Shown piece by piece: positions 55,079 through 64,000 of a stretch of DNA of 64,000 bases. The notes under the pieces are model-generated. The model worked only from the letters and a program-made list of their open reading frames with translations. It was not told the DNA's origin and ran no database searches. The translations under genes were made by a program, and so were the position numbers. The DNA lies in assembly GCF_041897805.1 (NCBI RefSeq), contig NZ_CP154825.1, forward strand, positions 4,786,024 through 4,850,023. Reading direction: 5' to 3'. This stretch comes from Actinokineospora auranticolor (lineage in GTDB: Bacteria; Actinomycetota; Actinomycetes; Mycobacteriales; Pseudonocardiaceae). How positions within the stretch are numbered: the stretch's first letter is position 1; every line of letters starts with the position of its first letter.

Positions 55079-55884
55079 CCGGCGCTCCCACCCCGCCCGT
55101 CGCGCCGCCGGTACCCGCGTACCGGCGGCGCGGCCGGTGGGAGCACGTGGCCACCCGGTCGTACGGCACGACCGTGCACCGGGTGGTGCCCGACTCCGGC
55201 CCCGCGCTGTACGTCAAGGCGACGACGTCGGCGGACGAGACCGACCCCCGGTTCCACCCGGTCGCCGAGGCGGCGGCGCTGCGGTGGTTGCGCGAGCGGG
55301 GTTTCCCGGTGGCGCGGGTGGTCGAGGTCGGCCGAGACGATGAATGGTCTTGGCTCGTGACCGAGGAACTGCCCGGTGTGCCCGCGTCCGGGCCGTGGCG
55401 CGCCGACCAAGTGGACGCGGTGCTCGACGCGGTGGCGGGTGTGGCGGCAGCGCTGCACCGGCTCCCGGTCGCGCGGTGCCCGTTCGACCGGCGGTTGGCG
55501 GTGACGCTGCCCGCGTGCCGCCGCGCCGTGGAACTGGGCACGGTGGACCTCGACGACCTCGACGAGCGGCACGAGGGCTGGACCGGGGCACAACTGCTCG
55601 CCGAGCTGGCCGCCACGCCCGTGCCGCCCGAGGACCTCGTGGTCTGCCACGGGGACCTCGGGCTGGACAACGTCCTGCTCGACCCGGACACGCTGGCGCC
55701 GACCGGCTTGCTGGACGCGGGCAGGCTCGGGGTCGCGGACCGCTGGACCGACCTGTCGATCCTGCTGCGCGACCTCGCCGAGGCCGGGTGGTGCGACCCG
55801 GCCGGGTTCACCGCCCGCTACGGTTTGTCCGATGTGGACTCGGCGAAGGACTCGTTCTACCGGCTGATGGACGAGTTCATCTGA
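55075..55884 (+). CDS. Aminoglycoside phosphotransferase (APH) family kinase
   Basis: GTGA-coupled start. Catalytic motifs VVCHGDLGLDNVLLD and DAGRLGVADRWTDLS. The track ORF 53884..55884 is a frame artefact upstream. Confidence 0.8.
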   Translation: MTGAPTPPVAPPVPAYRRRGRWEHVATRSYGTTVHRVVPDSGPALYVKATTSADETDPRFHPVAEAAALRWLRERGFPVARVVEVGRDDEWSWLVTEELPGVPASGPWRADQVDAVLDAVAGVAAALHRLPVARCPFDRRLAVTLPACRRAVELGTVDLDDLDERHEGWTGAQLLAELAATPVPPEDLVVCHGDLGLDNVLLDPDTLAPTGLLDAGRLGVADRWTDLSILLRDLAEAGWCDPAGFTARYGLSDVDSAKDSFYRLMDEFI

Positions 55885-55893
55885 GGGTTCCCG

Positions 55894-56727
55894 CTAGGCC
55901 GTCACCGGCGCGGGCGCGCTGAGGGCGGCCGTGCTGGTGTGGGCCAGCAGCGGCGCGTGCGCGCGCGGGGAGGCGGCCAGGACGTTGCCGGTGACCAGCC
56001 AGGCGTCGTGGTCGTCGTGCCAGTCCGTCACGACGCCACCCGCCTCCCGGACCAGCAGCGCACCCGCCGCGACGTCCCACGGGCCCAGGCCCAGCTCGAA
56101 GAACGCGTCGAACACCCCGCAGGCCACCCACGCCAGGTCGAGGCTCGCCCCGGCCGGTCGGCGCACGTCCTCGACCGAGCGCACGACCTTGCCCAGCACG
56201 TCGAAGTACGCCGGGAAGGACTCCGGGCGCTTGAACGGGAAACCCGTGGAGCACAACGCCTGGCGCACCGGGCGGTTGGCGACCCGGATCGGCATGTCGT
56301 TGCGGAACGCGCCGCCACCGCGCACCGCGGTGAAGGTCTCGCCCCACATCGGCGCGTGCACGACCCCGACGACCGGCTCGCGGTCGCACACCAGCGCGAT
56401 CGACACACCGACCGACGGGTAGCCGCGGACGAAGTTCGTGGTGCCGTCCAACGGGTCCACCACCCAGCAGAGCCCGTCGACGGCGCCACCGGACTCCTCG
56501 CCGACGAACTCGGCCGCGGCCCCGGTCTCGCGTACCAGGAACTCACGGATCACCGCCTCGGCGGCGAGGTCCACCTCGGTGACGTAGTCGCCGGGGGACT
56601 TCGAGCGCACGGCCACCCGCGCGTCGGCGAAGCCCGCGCGCACCACGCTCCCGGCCGCGTGCGCGGCGCGGGTCGCCGCGCACAGGAACGGGTCCCAGTC
56701 CTCAGCTGTGCGCACGGCTCTCCCCAT
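55894..56727 (-). CDS. Inositol-monophosphatase (IMPase) family protein
   Basis: WVVDPLDGTTNFVRG and AWVACGVFDAFFE motifs. 277 aa. Confidence 0.85.
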   Translation of the reverse strand: MGRAVRTAEDWDPFLCAATRAAHAAGSVVRAGFADARVAVRSKSPGDYVTEVDLAAEAVIREFLVRETGAAAEFVGEESGGAVDGLCWVVDPLDGTTNFVRGYPSVGVSIALVCDREPVVGVVHAPMWGETFTAVRGGGAFRNDMPIRVANRPVRQALCSTGFPFKRPESFPAYFDVLGKVVRSVEDVRRPAGASLDLAWVACGVFDAFFELGLGPWDVAAGALLVREAGGVVTDWHDDHDAWLVTGNVLAASPRAHAPLLAHTSTAALSAPAPVTA

Positions 56728-57511
56728 CCCGCTCCGGCTTGCGCAGCACCATCAGCACGTCGCGGTAGCCCACGGAGGTCGGCGAGCCGCGCCGCGCCGA
56801 CCAGTGCGCGCTCAACGCCGCCTCGTCGACCTCGCGCAGCAGCGCGGAATCGTACGCGGGCGGTTCGATGGCGTAGTCCAGCACCGACGACGCCTCGACC
56901 CGCTCCCACCGCAACCCGCTGCCCAGGGCGGCGGCGACGTAGTCCTCGAAGAACATCCGGTTGACCGTGGTGCTGTCGTGCACGTGCCGTACCAGCACTT
57001 CCACCAGGTCGGGCGCCACGGCGCTGGACAGCAACGCCACCAACTCCTCGCGGGTGTAGGCCAAATGGGCCCACGGCGGCAGCAGCGTGTCGCGCCAGAA
57101 CAGCAGGTCCCGCCCGTCGTACCGGGTGTATTCGAGCTGGTGTCCGTCGACCGCGCTCCAGATCGGACCGAAGTGCGCGTGCAGCACCCCGCCGGGTCGC
57201 AGCACCCTGGCCACCTGGGCGAGCGTGGCGGATACGTCGAGGAACTGGAAGGCGTTGCTGGAGAACACCGCGTCGGCCGACTCGTCCGGCAGGGGCAGGT
57301 CCTCGGCGCGGGCCCGCACCACGGCGTAGTGCCCGTCCACGAGCGCTTCGCGGTTCGGGTCGACGGCGCGCCAGCTCGCGACGCCGTGCGCGGCGGTCAC
57401 CTCGACCGGGACGGCGCCGCCGATCTCGACGACGTCCGCACCCGAGAGAGGGACGCGGTCGGCGAAGTCGGCGAAGACCGCGTCCTCGGACAGCGCCAGT
57501 CCGGCGCTCAC
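56702..57511 (-). CDS. Class I SAM-dependent methyltransferase
   Basis: Methyltransf_11-like region (…ADAVFSSNAFQFLDVSATLAQVARVLRPGGVLHAHF…). Confidence 0.7.
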   Translation of the reverse strand: MSAGLALSEDAVFADFADRVPLSGADVVEIGGAVPVEVTAAHGVASWRAVDPNREALVDGHYAVVRARAEDLPLPDESADAVFSSNAFQFLDVSATLAQVARVLRPGGVLHAHFGPIWSAVDGHQLEYTRYDGRDLLFWRDTLLPPWAHLAYTREELVALLSSAVAPDLVEVLVRHVHDSTTVNRMFFEDYVAAALGSGLRWERVEASSVLDYAIEPPAYDSALLREVDEAALSAHWSARRGSPTSVGYRDVLMVLRKPERDGESRAHS

Positions 57512-58521
57512 GCGCCCACCGCCGGCGCGGTCAAGGCGGGTAACGACACCGGGCGGCGGTCCCGGCGCGACCGGGTCACCGCCTCCGCGATCTCCAGTGC
57601 GCGCAAGGCGTCCGAGACTTCGCAGGGGCTGGTCCCGCCCTCGGCGACCAGGGTCACGAAGGCGGTCATCTCCGCCTGGTAGGCGGTGGCGAAGCGCGGT
57701 AGGAAACCGGACCAGGCGTCCCCCGGCGGCGGCGCGGACGGTTCTGCCGAGCGCACTGGCACCCGCTCGTCCCAGCCGACGGCGAGCGTGCCCTCGGTGC
57801 CCGCGACCTCCATGCGCACGTCGTAGCCCGCGCCGTTGTAGCGGGACGCCTGCGCGGTGACCAGCGTGCCGTCGTCCAGGGTGAGCAGCACGGCTGCCTC
57901 GTCGACGTCACCGACGGCGGCGAAGTGCGGGTCGCCCCGGTTCGCCCCGGTCGCGTAGACCTCGACCACCTCGCGGCCGGTGACCCACCGGAGCACGTCG
58001 TAGTCGTGGATCTGGCAGTCGCGGTGGATGCCGCCCGAGCGGGCGACGTACTCGGCGGGCGGTGGGGCCGGGTCGGCGGTCACGAGGTGCGCGCGGCGCA
58101 GTTCGCCGAGTTCACCGGTGCGCACGGCGTTGTACGCGCGCCGGTAGCCCGGGTCGAAGCGGCGCTGGAACCCCACGTGCACCACCGAACCCGCGTCCCC
58201 GACCTCGGCCACGACCGCGCGAGCCGTGTCGAGGTCGGTGAAGCAGGGCTTCTCGCAGAACACCGGGAGTCCGGCGCGCGCCCACTCCAGGATGAGCGCG
58301 GCGTGGGTGTCGGTCGGGGTGGCGAGCACCACCGCGTCCGGTCGCCACGCCGCGAGGTCGTCCCGGTCGAGCAGGACCCGCGCGCCGAGCGGACGGACCA
58401 CCTCGCCCGCCCGCCGGGCGTCCGGGTCCAGGACGGCCACCGCGCCGACCCGGGGGTCCGCGGCCAGGGACGCGGCGTGCAGCGCGCCGATCCGGCCGAC
58501 GCCAAGCACTCCTACGCGCAT
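57508..58521 (-). CDS. Gfo/Idh/MocA-family oxidoreductase (myo-inositol 2-dehydrogenase-like)
   Basis: MRVGVLGVGRIGALHAASL…VFCEKPCFTDL, the classic IolG-like N-terminus. Confidence 0.85.
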   Translation of the reverse strand: MRVGVLGVGRIGALHAASLAADPRVGAVAVLDPDARRAGEVVRPLGARVLLDRDDLAAWRPDAVVLATPTDTHAALILEWARAGLPVFCEKPCFTDLDTARAVVAEVGDAGSVVHVGFQRRFDPGYRRAYNAVRTGELGELRRAHLVTADPAPPPAEYVARSGGIHRDCQIHDYDVLRWVTGREVVEVYATGANRGDPHFAAVGDVDEAAVLLTLDDGTLVTAQASRYNGAGYDVRMEVAGTEGTLAVGWDERVPVRSAEPSAPPPGDAWSGFLPRFATAYQAEMTAFVTLVAEGGTSPCEVSDALRALEIAEAVTRSRRDRRPVSLPALTAPAVGA

Positions 58522-58558
58522 CCGATCGTCCTGTCTCTACAGTGGGTGGGTACCGGGT

Positions 58559-59017
58559 TCAGGACACGGGCCAGGGCCGGGCCCCGCCCGCGATCCGGTT
58601 CCACACGTTGATGATCGCCACGGCCCAGGTCAGCTCGGCCAGCTCCACCTCGGTGAAGTGCTCGCCCGCGCGGGCCCACACGTCGTCGCCGACGGACTCG
58701 ACGTTGACGTTGGTCAACGCCTCGCCGACCTCCAGCGCGGCGCGCTCGCGGTCGTCGTAGAACGGGGCCTCCCGCCACACCGGCAGCGCGGCCAGCTTGG
58801 TCGCCGACACCCCCGCGTCGAGCGCGGCCTGGTGGTGCGCGTGCACGCAGAACGCGCAGTTGTTGACCTGGGACACCCGAACCCGGACGAGTTCGAGCAG
58901 GTCCAGCGGCAGGCTCAGCTTGTCGCCCGCGTCCTCAAGCGACTCCATCGCCGCCATCACGTGCGGGACGAGCTTGTCGACGCGCAGACGGGACTTCGGG
59001 GGTTCAAGGGCCACGGA
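58559..59017 (-). CDS. Carboxymuconolactone-decarboxylase (AhpD-like) family protein
   Basis: GTG after AGGAGAG. CMD motif NNCAFCVHAH. About 152 aa. Confidence 0.75.
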   Translation of the reverse strand, partial: SVALEPPKSRLRVDKLVPHVMAAMESLEDAGDKLSLPLDLLELVRVRVSQVNNCAFCVHAHHQAALDAGVSATKLAALPVWREAPFYDDRERAALEVGEALTNVNVESVGDDVWARAGEHFTEVELAELTWAVAIINVWNRIAGGARPWPVS

Positions 59018-59250
59018 TCTCTCCTGTTGGAACGCCGATGCTTGTCGACAGTGCGGATTCCGCCTTGTGGCGGCGGATCGGGGCGTGGGCACGCCACCGG
59101 TATCCGTTGGTATACCAGAGCGGGCGGTCCAGTAGACATGGATTGCGGGCAACTTCGGCGTGGGCTTCGGCCGAACGGCCTCCCCGGTCGCCTATCTGGA
59201 GCAAGGGCGAGTTTTCGCCCAACAAGGCCACATCCAGCGAAGTGGCCACC

Positions 59251-60432
59251 ATGGCGGTTCCCCTGTCGACACGGGTCCCGCTGTGGCAGCCTGGGTGCGT
59301 GCAACCGTTCACGATCGCCGTTCCGGAAGCGGTGCTGGCGGACCTCCGCGACCGCGCGCGCCGGACCCGGTGGCCCTCCCCCGCGCCGGGTCCCGCGTGG
59401 TCGCAGGGGACCGACCTGGGCTACCTGCGCGAGGTCGTGGCGCACTGGGCGGACGGTTTCGATTGGCGCGCCGCGGAATCCGCGCTCAACGCGCACGACC
59501 ACCACCGGCTCGCGCTCGGCGACGCGACGGTCCACTTCACCCTGCGGCGCGCGGCGAACGGGCGCGGCGTCCCGTTGGTACTGACCCACGGCTGGCCGAG
59601 CACCTTCGTCGAACTGCTGCCGCTGGTGCCGCTGCTCACCGACCCGGCCGCGCACGGCATCACCGGACCCGCCTTTGACGTGGTGATCCCATCACTGCCC
59701 GGGTACGGGTTCTCCAGCCGTCCACCCCGCGCGCACACCACCCGCGACACGGCCGCGTTGTGGCACCGCCTGATGACGGCGCTGGGCTACGACCGCTACG
59801 CCGCCCACGGCGGCGATCTCGGCGCGGCGGTCAGCACGTTCCTGGCGATCGACCACCCCGAGTCGGTCGTGGCGCTGCACCTGAGCAACCTGGAACTCGA
59901 CCCGATCGCCGACGAGGACACCCTGACGGTGGCGGAGCGGGAGTTCCTGGAGAGGGAGGAGGAGTGGGAGCGGCGGGAGGGTGGCTACGGTGCCATCCAG
60001 TCCACGAAACCGCAGACGCTGGGCTACGGCCTCACCGACTCCCCCGCCGCCCTGGCCGCCTGGCTCCTGGAGAAGTGGCGCGCCTGGTCGGACTCCCAGG
60101 GCGACCCGGAACGGGCGGTCACCAGGGATTTCCTGCTCACCACCCTGACCCTGTTCTGGGCAGGCGGCTGCGTCACGGAGACACTCCGCGACTACTTCGA
60201 CAACGCCCAGTCCCCTTTGACCGCCGACGACCGGGTGCGCTGCCCGACCGCCGTCACCCTCTTCCCCAGCGAATACACCCACGGCTCCACACCGCCGCGC
60301 TCGTGGGCCGAACGCCTCTACCCGATCCACCGCTGGACACCGATGACGGCGGGCGGCCACTTCGCGGCCGTCGAACAACCCCGAGCCCTCGCCACCGACA
60401 TCGCCGCCTTCTTCGCGGAACTGGACCTGTGA
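59251..60432 (+). CDS. Epoxide hydrolase (α/β-hydrolase with EHN N-terminal domain)
   Basis: VQPFTIAVPEAVLADLRDRARRTRWP (EH N-domain). HGWPSTF oxyanion motif. Catalytic His near the C-terminus (TAGGHFAAVEQP). Confidence 0.8.
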   Translation: MAVPLSTRVPLWQPGCVQPFTIAVPEAVLADLRDRARRTRWPSPAPGPAWSQGTDLGYLREVVAHWADGFDWRAAESALNAHDHHRLALGDATVHFTLRRAANGRGVPLVLTHGWPSTFVELLPLVPLLTDPAAHGITGPAFDVVIPSLPGYGFSSRPPRAHTTRDTAALWHRLMTALGYDRYAAHGGDLGAAVSTFLAIDHPESVVALHLSNLELDPIADEDTLTVAEREFLEREEEWERREGGYGAIQSTKPQTLGYGLTDSPAALAAWLLEKWRAWSDSQGDPERAVTRDFLLTTLTLFWAGGCVTETLRDYFDNAQSPLTADDRVRCPTAVTLFPSEYTHGSTPPRSWAERLYPIHRWTPMTAGGHFAAVEQPRALATDIAAFFAELDL

Positions 60433-60496
60433 CCCGAACGCCGAACCGCCCCGCTCACCGGGCTTGGCGAGCGGGGCGGGTGGCCGGGTCGGTCGG

Positions 60497-61807
60497 TCAG
60501 CGGCGGTGCAGGCCCGAGGACAGGCCGCGGATGAGTTCGCCCTGCGGGGTGTCGCCGTCGAGGGACCAGATCATCGCGCCGCCGAGTTCGCGGTCGCGGA
60601 TGTAGCGGCCCTTGCGGGCCAACTCGGTCGGGTCGTCGTAGTTCCAGAAGGTGGTGCCGTTGAACAGCCAGGCGTGGCCTGCCTTGTCGTCGCGGTGGAG
60701 GGTGTACTTGCCGCTCGTCAGCAGGCCCTTGAGGATGCGGTAGTCGTCATAGCCCGCTTCGTAGGTGCCGGGGGCGGGGCCGGTGGCTTGCTGGAACAGG
60801 CCGTTGTTCTGGTTGGGCAAGCCGGTCCAGCCGCGGCCGAAGTAGGGCACGCCGAGGGTGATCTTGTCCCGGGGCGCGCCGCGGTCGAGGTGGGCGTCGA
60901 CGACGATCTCGCCGCTGTCCTTCGGCGTGGTGGGGTCACCGTCCGGCACGCGGAGGGCCGACTGCTGGTTGGCGGTCCGTTCCCAGGCGCCGTGGTAGTC
61001 GTAGCCCTGGACGGTGGCGAAGGTCAGCAGGCGGTAGACCTCGCGGAGTTCGTAGCCGCGGTCCATCGCCTCGCGGTTGGCGGGCAGGAAGGCGGTGAGG
61101 TCGTACCGCTTGTGGTCGGCGCGGCCCTGCTTGTCCAGCTGGGCGCGGTACTCGCGCAGCAGCGCGGTGAAGTTCTGCTTGTCCTCCGGCCGCACGACGT
61201 TGCCCGGCGCGCCCTCGGTCGCGGGCCACTCCCAGTCCAGGTCGATGCCGTCGAACACGCCCTTGCCCGCACCGGCGGGCGCGCCGGGCAGGTTGCCCTT
61301 GAGCCACAGGTCGACGCAGGACTTGACGTGCGCCGCGCGGGACTGCGGGGTCAGCGCCGCGTTGGAGAAGTACGCGGACCCGATCCACCCGCCGAGCGAG
61401 ATGTAGACGCGTAGCCGCGGGTACTTCCGCTTGAGCTGCCTGAGCTGGTTGAGGTTGCCCGCCAGCGCCTGACCCGCCTGGTCGGCCTTGCCGTTGACGG
61501 AGTCCTTGGCCGGGATCAGGCGCCGGTAGTCGGCCTCCGGGTCGGAGCTGACGCAGCCACCCCGCTCGTCGAGCAGCCCGAACGCGTAGTTGAGGTGGGT
61601 GAGCCTGGACGCCGTGCCGTTGTCGACGATGTAGCGGACCGGGATCCCGCGATCCTGGTGGCTCCACTGCGTGTAGTACCCGACCGTGCGCACCTCGCCG
61701 CCACCGCCGTGGGCCTGCGCGGGTGTCCCGACAACCGCCAACCCGACCGCCAAGGCGCCCACCGCGACCGCGGCACCCCACCTCTTCCCGGACATGGCCC
61801 TCCTCAT
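60497..61807 (-). CDS. Secreted GH18 chitinase
   Basis: Signal peptide GAAVAVGALAVGLAVVGTPAQA. Catalytic DGIDLDWEWP motif. Confidence 0.85.
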   Translation of the reverse strand: MRRAMSGKRWGAAVAVGALAVGLAVVGTPAQAHGGGGEVRTVGYYTQWSHQDRGIPVRYIVDNGTASRLTHLNYAFGLLDERGGCVSSDPEADYRRLIPAKDSVNGKADQAGQALAGNLNQLRQLKRKYPRLRVYISLGGWIGSAYFSNAALTPQSRAAHVKSCVDLWLKGNLPGAPAGAGKGVFDGIDLDWEWPATEGAPGNVVRPEDKQNFTALLREYRAQLDKQGRADHKRYDLTAFLPANREAMDRGYELREVYRLLTFATVQGYDYHGAWERTANQQSALRVPDGDPTTPKDSGEIVVDAHLDRGAPRDKITLGVPYFGRGWTGLPNQNNGLFQQATGPAPGTYEAGYDDYRILKGLLTSGKYTLHRDDKAGHAWLFNGTTFWNYDDPTELARKGRYIRDRELGGAMIWSLDGDTPQGELIRGLSSGLHRR

Positions 61808-61944
61808 CTCGGAGCTATGGTCTAGACCAAGCTAGAGCAAGATCCGGACCGCTGATACGCCCGGACAGCGCAACCGGACATCCGCCGCGATCGGTACCAA
61901 TTGCCGGCCCCGCCGTGCGCGCACCGCGGGGCGGCGGACGTCGA

Positions 61945-64000
61945 TCAGGGCTGGGACCGCAGCCGCGCGGTCGCGGTGACGAGGTTGGCCAGGGTGGCGC
62001 GGACCTCGGGGTAGCCGCGGGTCTTCAGGCCGCAGTCGGGGTTGACCCACAGCCGGTCCGCCGGGAACGCGGCGGTGGCGGCGCGCAGGTGCGCGGTGAT
62101 CTCGGCGACGGACGGGACGCGGGGCGAGTGGATGTCCCAGACGCCGGGGCCGACCTCGTTGGGGTACCCGGCGGTGGTCAGGTCGGCGACGATGGCCATG
62201 TTCGACCTGGCCGCCTCCAGGCTGATCACGTCGGCGTCCATGTCGATGATCGCCTGGAGGACGTCGCCGAACTCGGCGTAGCACATGTGGGTGTGGATCT
62301 GGGTCTCGTCGCGCGCGCCGGAGGTGGCCAGCTTGAACGCGGTGACGGCCCACGCCAGATAGCCTGCGCGGTCCGCCGCGCGCAGCGGCAACGTTTCGCG
62401 CAGGGCGGGTTCGTCGACCTGGATCACCGCGATCCCCGCCGCCTCCAGGTCGGTGACCTCGTCGCGCAGGGCGAGCGCGACCTGCCGCGCGGTCTCGGCT
62501 TCCGGCTGGTCATCGCGGACGAACGACCAGGCGAGCATCGTGACCGGTCCGGTGAGCATGCCCTTGACCGGCCGCGAGGTCAGGCTCGCGGCGTAGGTGG
62601 ACCAGGCCACGGTCATCGGCGCCGGGCGGGACACGTCACCCGCGATGATCGGCGGGCGGACGTAGCGGGTGCCGTAGGACTGCACCCAACCGTGCCGGGT
62701 CGCCAGGAACCCGTCGAGCTGCTCGGCGAAGTACTGGACCATGTCGGTGCGCTCGGGTTCGCCGTGCACCAACACATCGAGACCGAGTTCCTCCTGGTCG
62801 GCGATGACGGCGCGGATCTCGGCGCGCATCGCCTCCTCGTAGGCGTCCTCGGTCAACGCGCCCTTGCGCAGCGCCGCGCGGGCCCGGCGCAGTTCGGTGG
62901 TCTGCGGGAACGAACCGATGGTGGTCGTCGGCAGCTCGGGCAGCCCCAACTTCGCCTGCTGGGCCTGGCGGCGGATCGCGTAGGGGCTGTCCCGGCGGGT
63001 ATCGGCGACCAGGCGGTCTCGCACCGCAGGCACCCGGGTGATCGGCGACGCCGCCCGGGAGGCCAGACGGGCCGCGTTGGTCGCCAACGCGTCGGCGACC
63101 ACCTCGCGGCCGTCGGTCAGCCCGCGACGCAAGGTGACGATCTCGTCGAGCTTCTGCCGCGCGAAGGACAACCAGCTCGCGACCTCGGCGTCGAGGTCGC
63201 GTTCCGGGGTGGTGTCGAGCGGGACGTGCAGCAGCGAGCAGGACGCGGACACGTCCAGCGACCCCGCCAGGCCGTCGAGCGTGCCCAGGGTGTCCAGGGC
63301 GGCGGTCAGGTCGGCCGCCCAGATGTTGCGGCCGTCGACCACACCGGCGACCAGCCGCTTGTCCCGCACGCCCCCGATGGCGGAGAGGTGATCGAGGTTG
63401 GCCGCCGCGGGGCCGGTGAAGTCCACCGCCACGCCCTCGACCGGGGTCTGGGCGAGCACGGGTAGCGCGTCCCCGAGTCGGTCGAAGTAGGAGGCGACGA
63501 GGATCTTGGGCCGCACCGGCTCGGCGGCCAGCGCCGCGTAGGTCCGCGCGACACGCGCCAGCACGTCGGCGGGTTGGTCGGTCACCAGCGCGGGTTCGTC
63601 GAGCTGGACCCACTCCGCGCCCGCCGCCCGCAGTTGGCCGAGCAGATCGGCGTAGTGCGGGAGCAGTCGGTCGAGCAGGTCCAGCGGCCGGAAGCCCGCG
63701 GTGCCGGTCGGGTCCTTGGCCAGCAACAGGAAGCTGATCGGGCCCAGGACGACCGGCCGGGTCAGCACCCCCTCGGCCAGCGCCTCGGCGAACTCGGCCA
63801 GGGGCTTGGCCGGGTCCAGGGCGAACGTCGTGCCCGGGCCCAGCTCCGGGACGAGGCAGTGGTAGTTCGTGTCGAACCACTTCGTCATCTCCAACGGCGC
63901 CACGTCCGCCGTGCCCCGGGCCATCGCGAAGTAGCGGTCCAGCCCCTCCGCCGCGCCCGCGTGCCGCTCCGGGACGGCGCCCAGCAGCCACGCGGTGTCC
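61945..64000 (-). CDS. metE: Cobalamin-independent methionine synthase (5' end beyond window)
   Basis: …[13 protein letters not shown]…[17 protein letters not shown]… plus full C-terminal catalytic domain ([22 protein letters not shown]). The reading frame stays open to the window edge. A full-length MetE (~760 aa) would need ~225 nt more. Confidence 0.85.
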   Translation of the reverse strand, partial: DTAWLLGAVPERHAGAAEGLDRYFAMARGTADVAPLEMTKWFDTNYHCLVPELGPGTTFALDPAKPLAEFAEALAEGVLTRPVVLGPISFLLLAKDPTGTAGFRPLDLLDRLLPHYADLLGQLRAAGAEWVQLDEPALVTDQPADVLARVARTYAALAAEPVRPKILVASYFDRLGDALPVLAQTPVEGVAVDFTGPAAANLDHLSAIGGVRDKRLVAGVVDGRNIWAADLTAALDTLGTLDGLAGSLDVSASCSLLHVPLDTTPERDLDAEVASWLSFARQKLDEIVTLRRGLTDGREVVADALATNAARLASRAASPITRVPAVRDRLVADTRRDSPYAIRRQAQQAKLGLPELPTTTIGSFPQTTELRRARAALRKGALTEDAYEEAMRAEIRAVIADQEELGLDVLVHGEPERTDMVQYFAEQLDGFLATRHGWVQSYGTRYVRPPIIAGDVSRPAPMTVAWSTYAASLTSRPVKGMLTGPVTMLAWSFVRDDQPEAETARQVALALRDEVTDLEAAGIAVIQVDEPALRETLPLRAADRAGYLAWAVTAFKLATSGARDETQIHTHMCYAEFGDVLQAIIDMDADVISLEAARSNMAIVADLTTAGYPNEVGPGVWDIHSPRVPSVAEITAHLRAATAAFPADRLWVNPDCGLKTRGYPEVRATLANLVTATARLRSQP

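Overview
High-GC actinomycete-type chromosomal window (Pseudonocardiaceae/Streptomyces-like codon usage). It is densely coding, with frequent GTGA/ATGA start-stop overlaps. Many long ORFs in the six-frame track are GC-driven artefacts on the opposite strand or N-terminal read-through and were not called. Coordinates follow the ORF track and include stop codons. The printed sequence line at 15601 appears to carry only 50 nt, so hand-counted positions near it may be off. Five things stand out. (1) 3373–15894 is an island of NTP-dependent 'conflict/signalling'-type genes. It holds a TPR–CHAT (caspase-like) protease, a WD40 protein with an unknown N-domain, a polytopic membrane protein, two small proteins, a stand-alone TPR protein, and a STAND (P-loop) NTPase with a TPR array and an unusual C-terminal 4-TM domain. 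Immediately upstream of the NTPase is a 111-aa membrane protein whose C-terminal peptide repeats the NTPase's N-terminal peptide. (2) 26108–33635 is an operon: NfeD/YqiJ-like protein, then flotillin (SPFH), then a 1627-aa protein with a dynein-related/MoxR-like AAA (AAA_5) module. (3) 35531–40860 holds tandem paralogous membrane-anchored flavoproteins, one of them in frame with a full DHA2-type MFS transporter. (4) 41463–58521 is a candidate aminocyclitol/aminoglycoside-type biosynthetic cluster. It has inositol dehydrogenase, IMPase, class-III and DegT aminotransferases, PIG-L deacetylase, GT4, two radical-SAM enzymes (B12-binding and SPASM), TylF-type O-methyltransferase, GMC oxidoreductase, Zn-ADH, an APH-type kinase, and a KamA lysine-2,3-aminomutase plus ATP-grasp ligase pair. 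(5) 17394–23374 is a sulfonate-type scavenging operon (LLM monooxygenase, ABC SBP/ATPase/permease, FAD protein, ferredoxin). The remaining calls are housekeeping genes: ROK and TetR regulators, CPA2 antiporter, GH18 chitinase, and a 5'-truncated metE. No rRNA, tRNA, CRISPR or IS elements were recognised.
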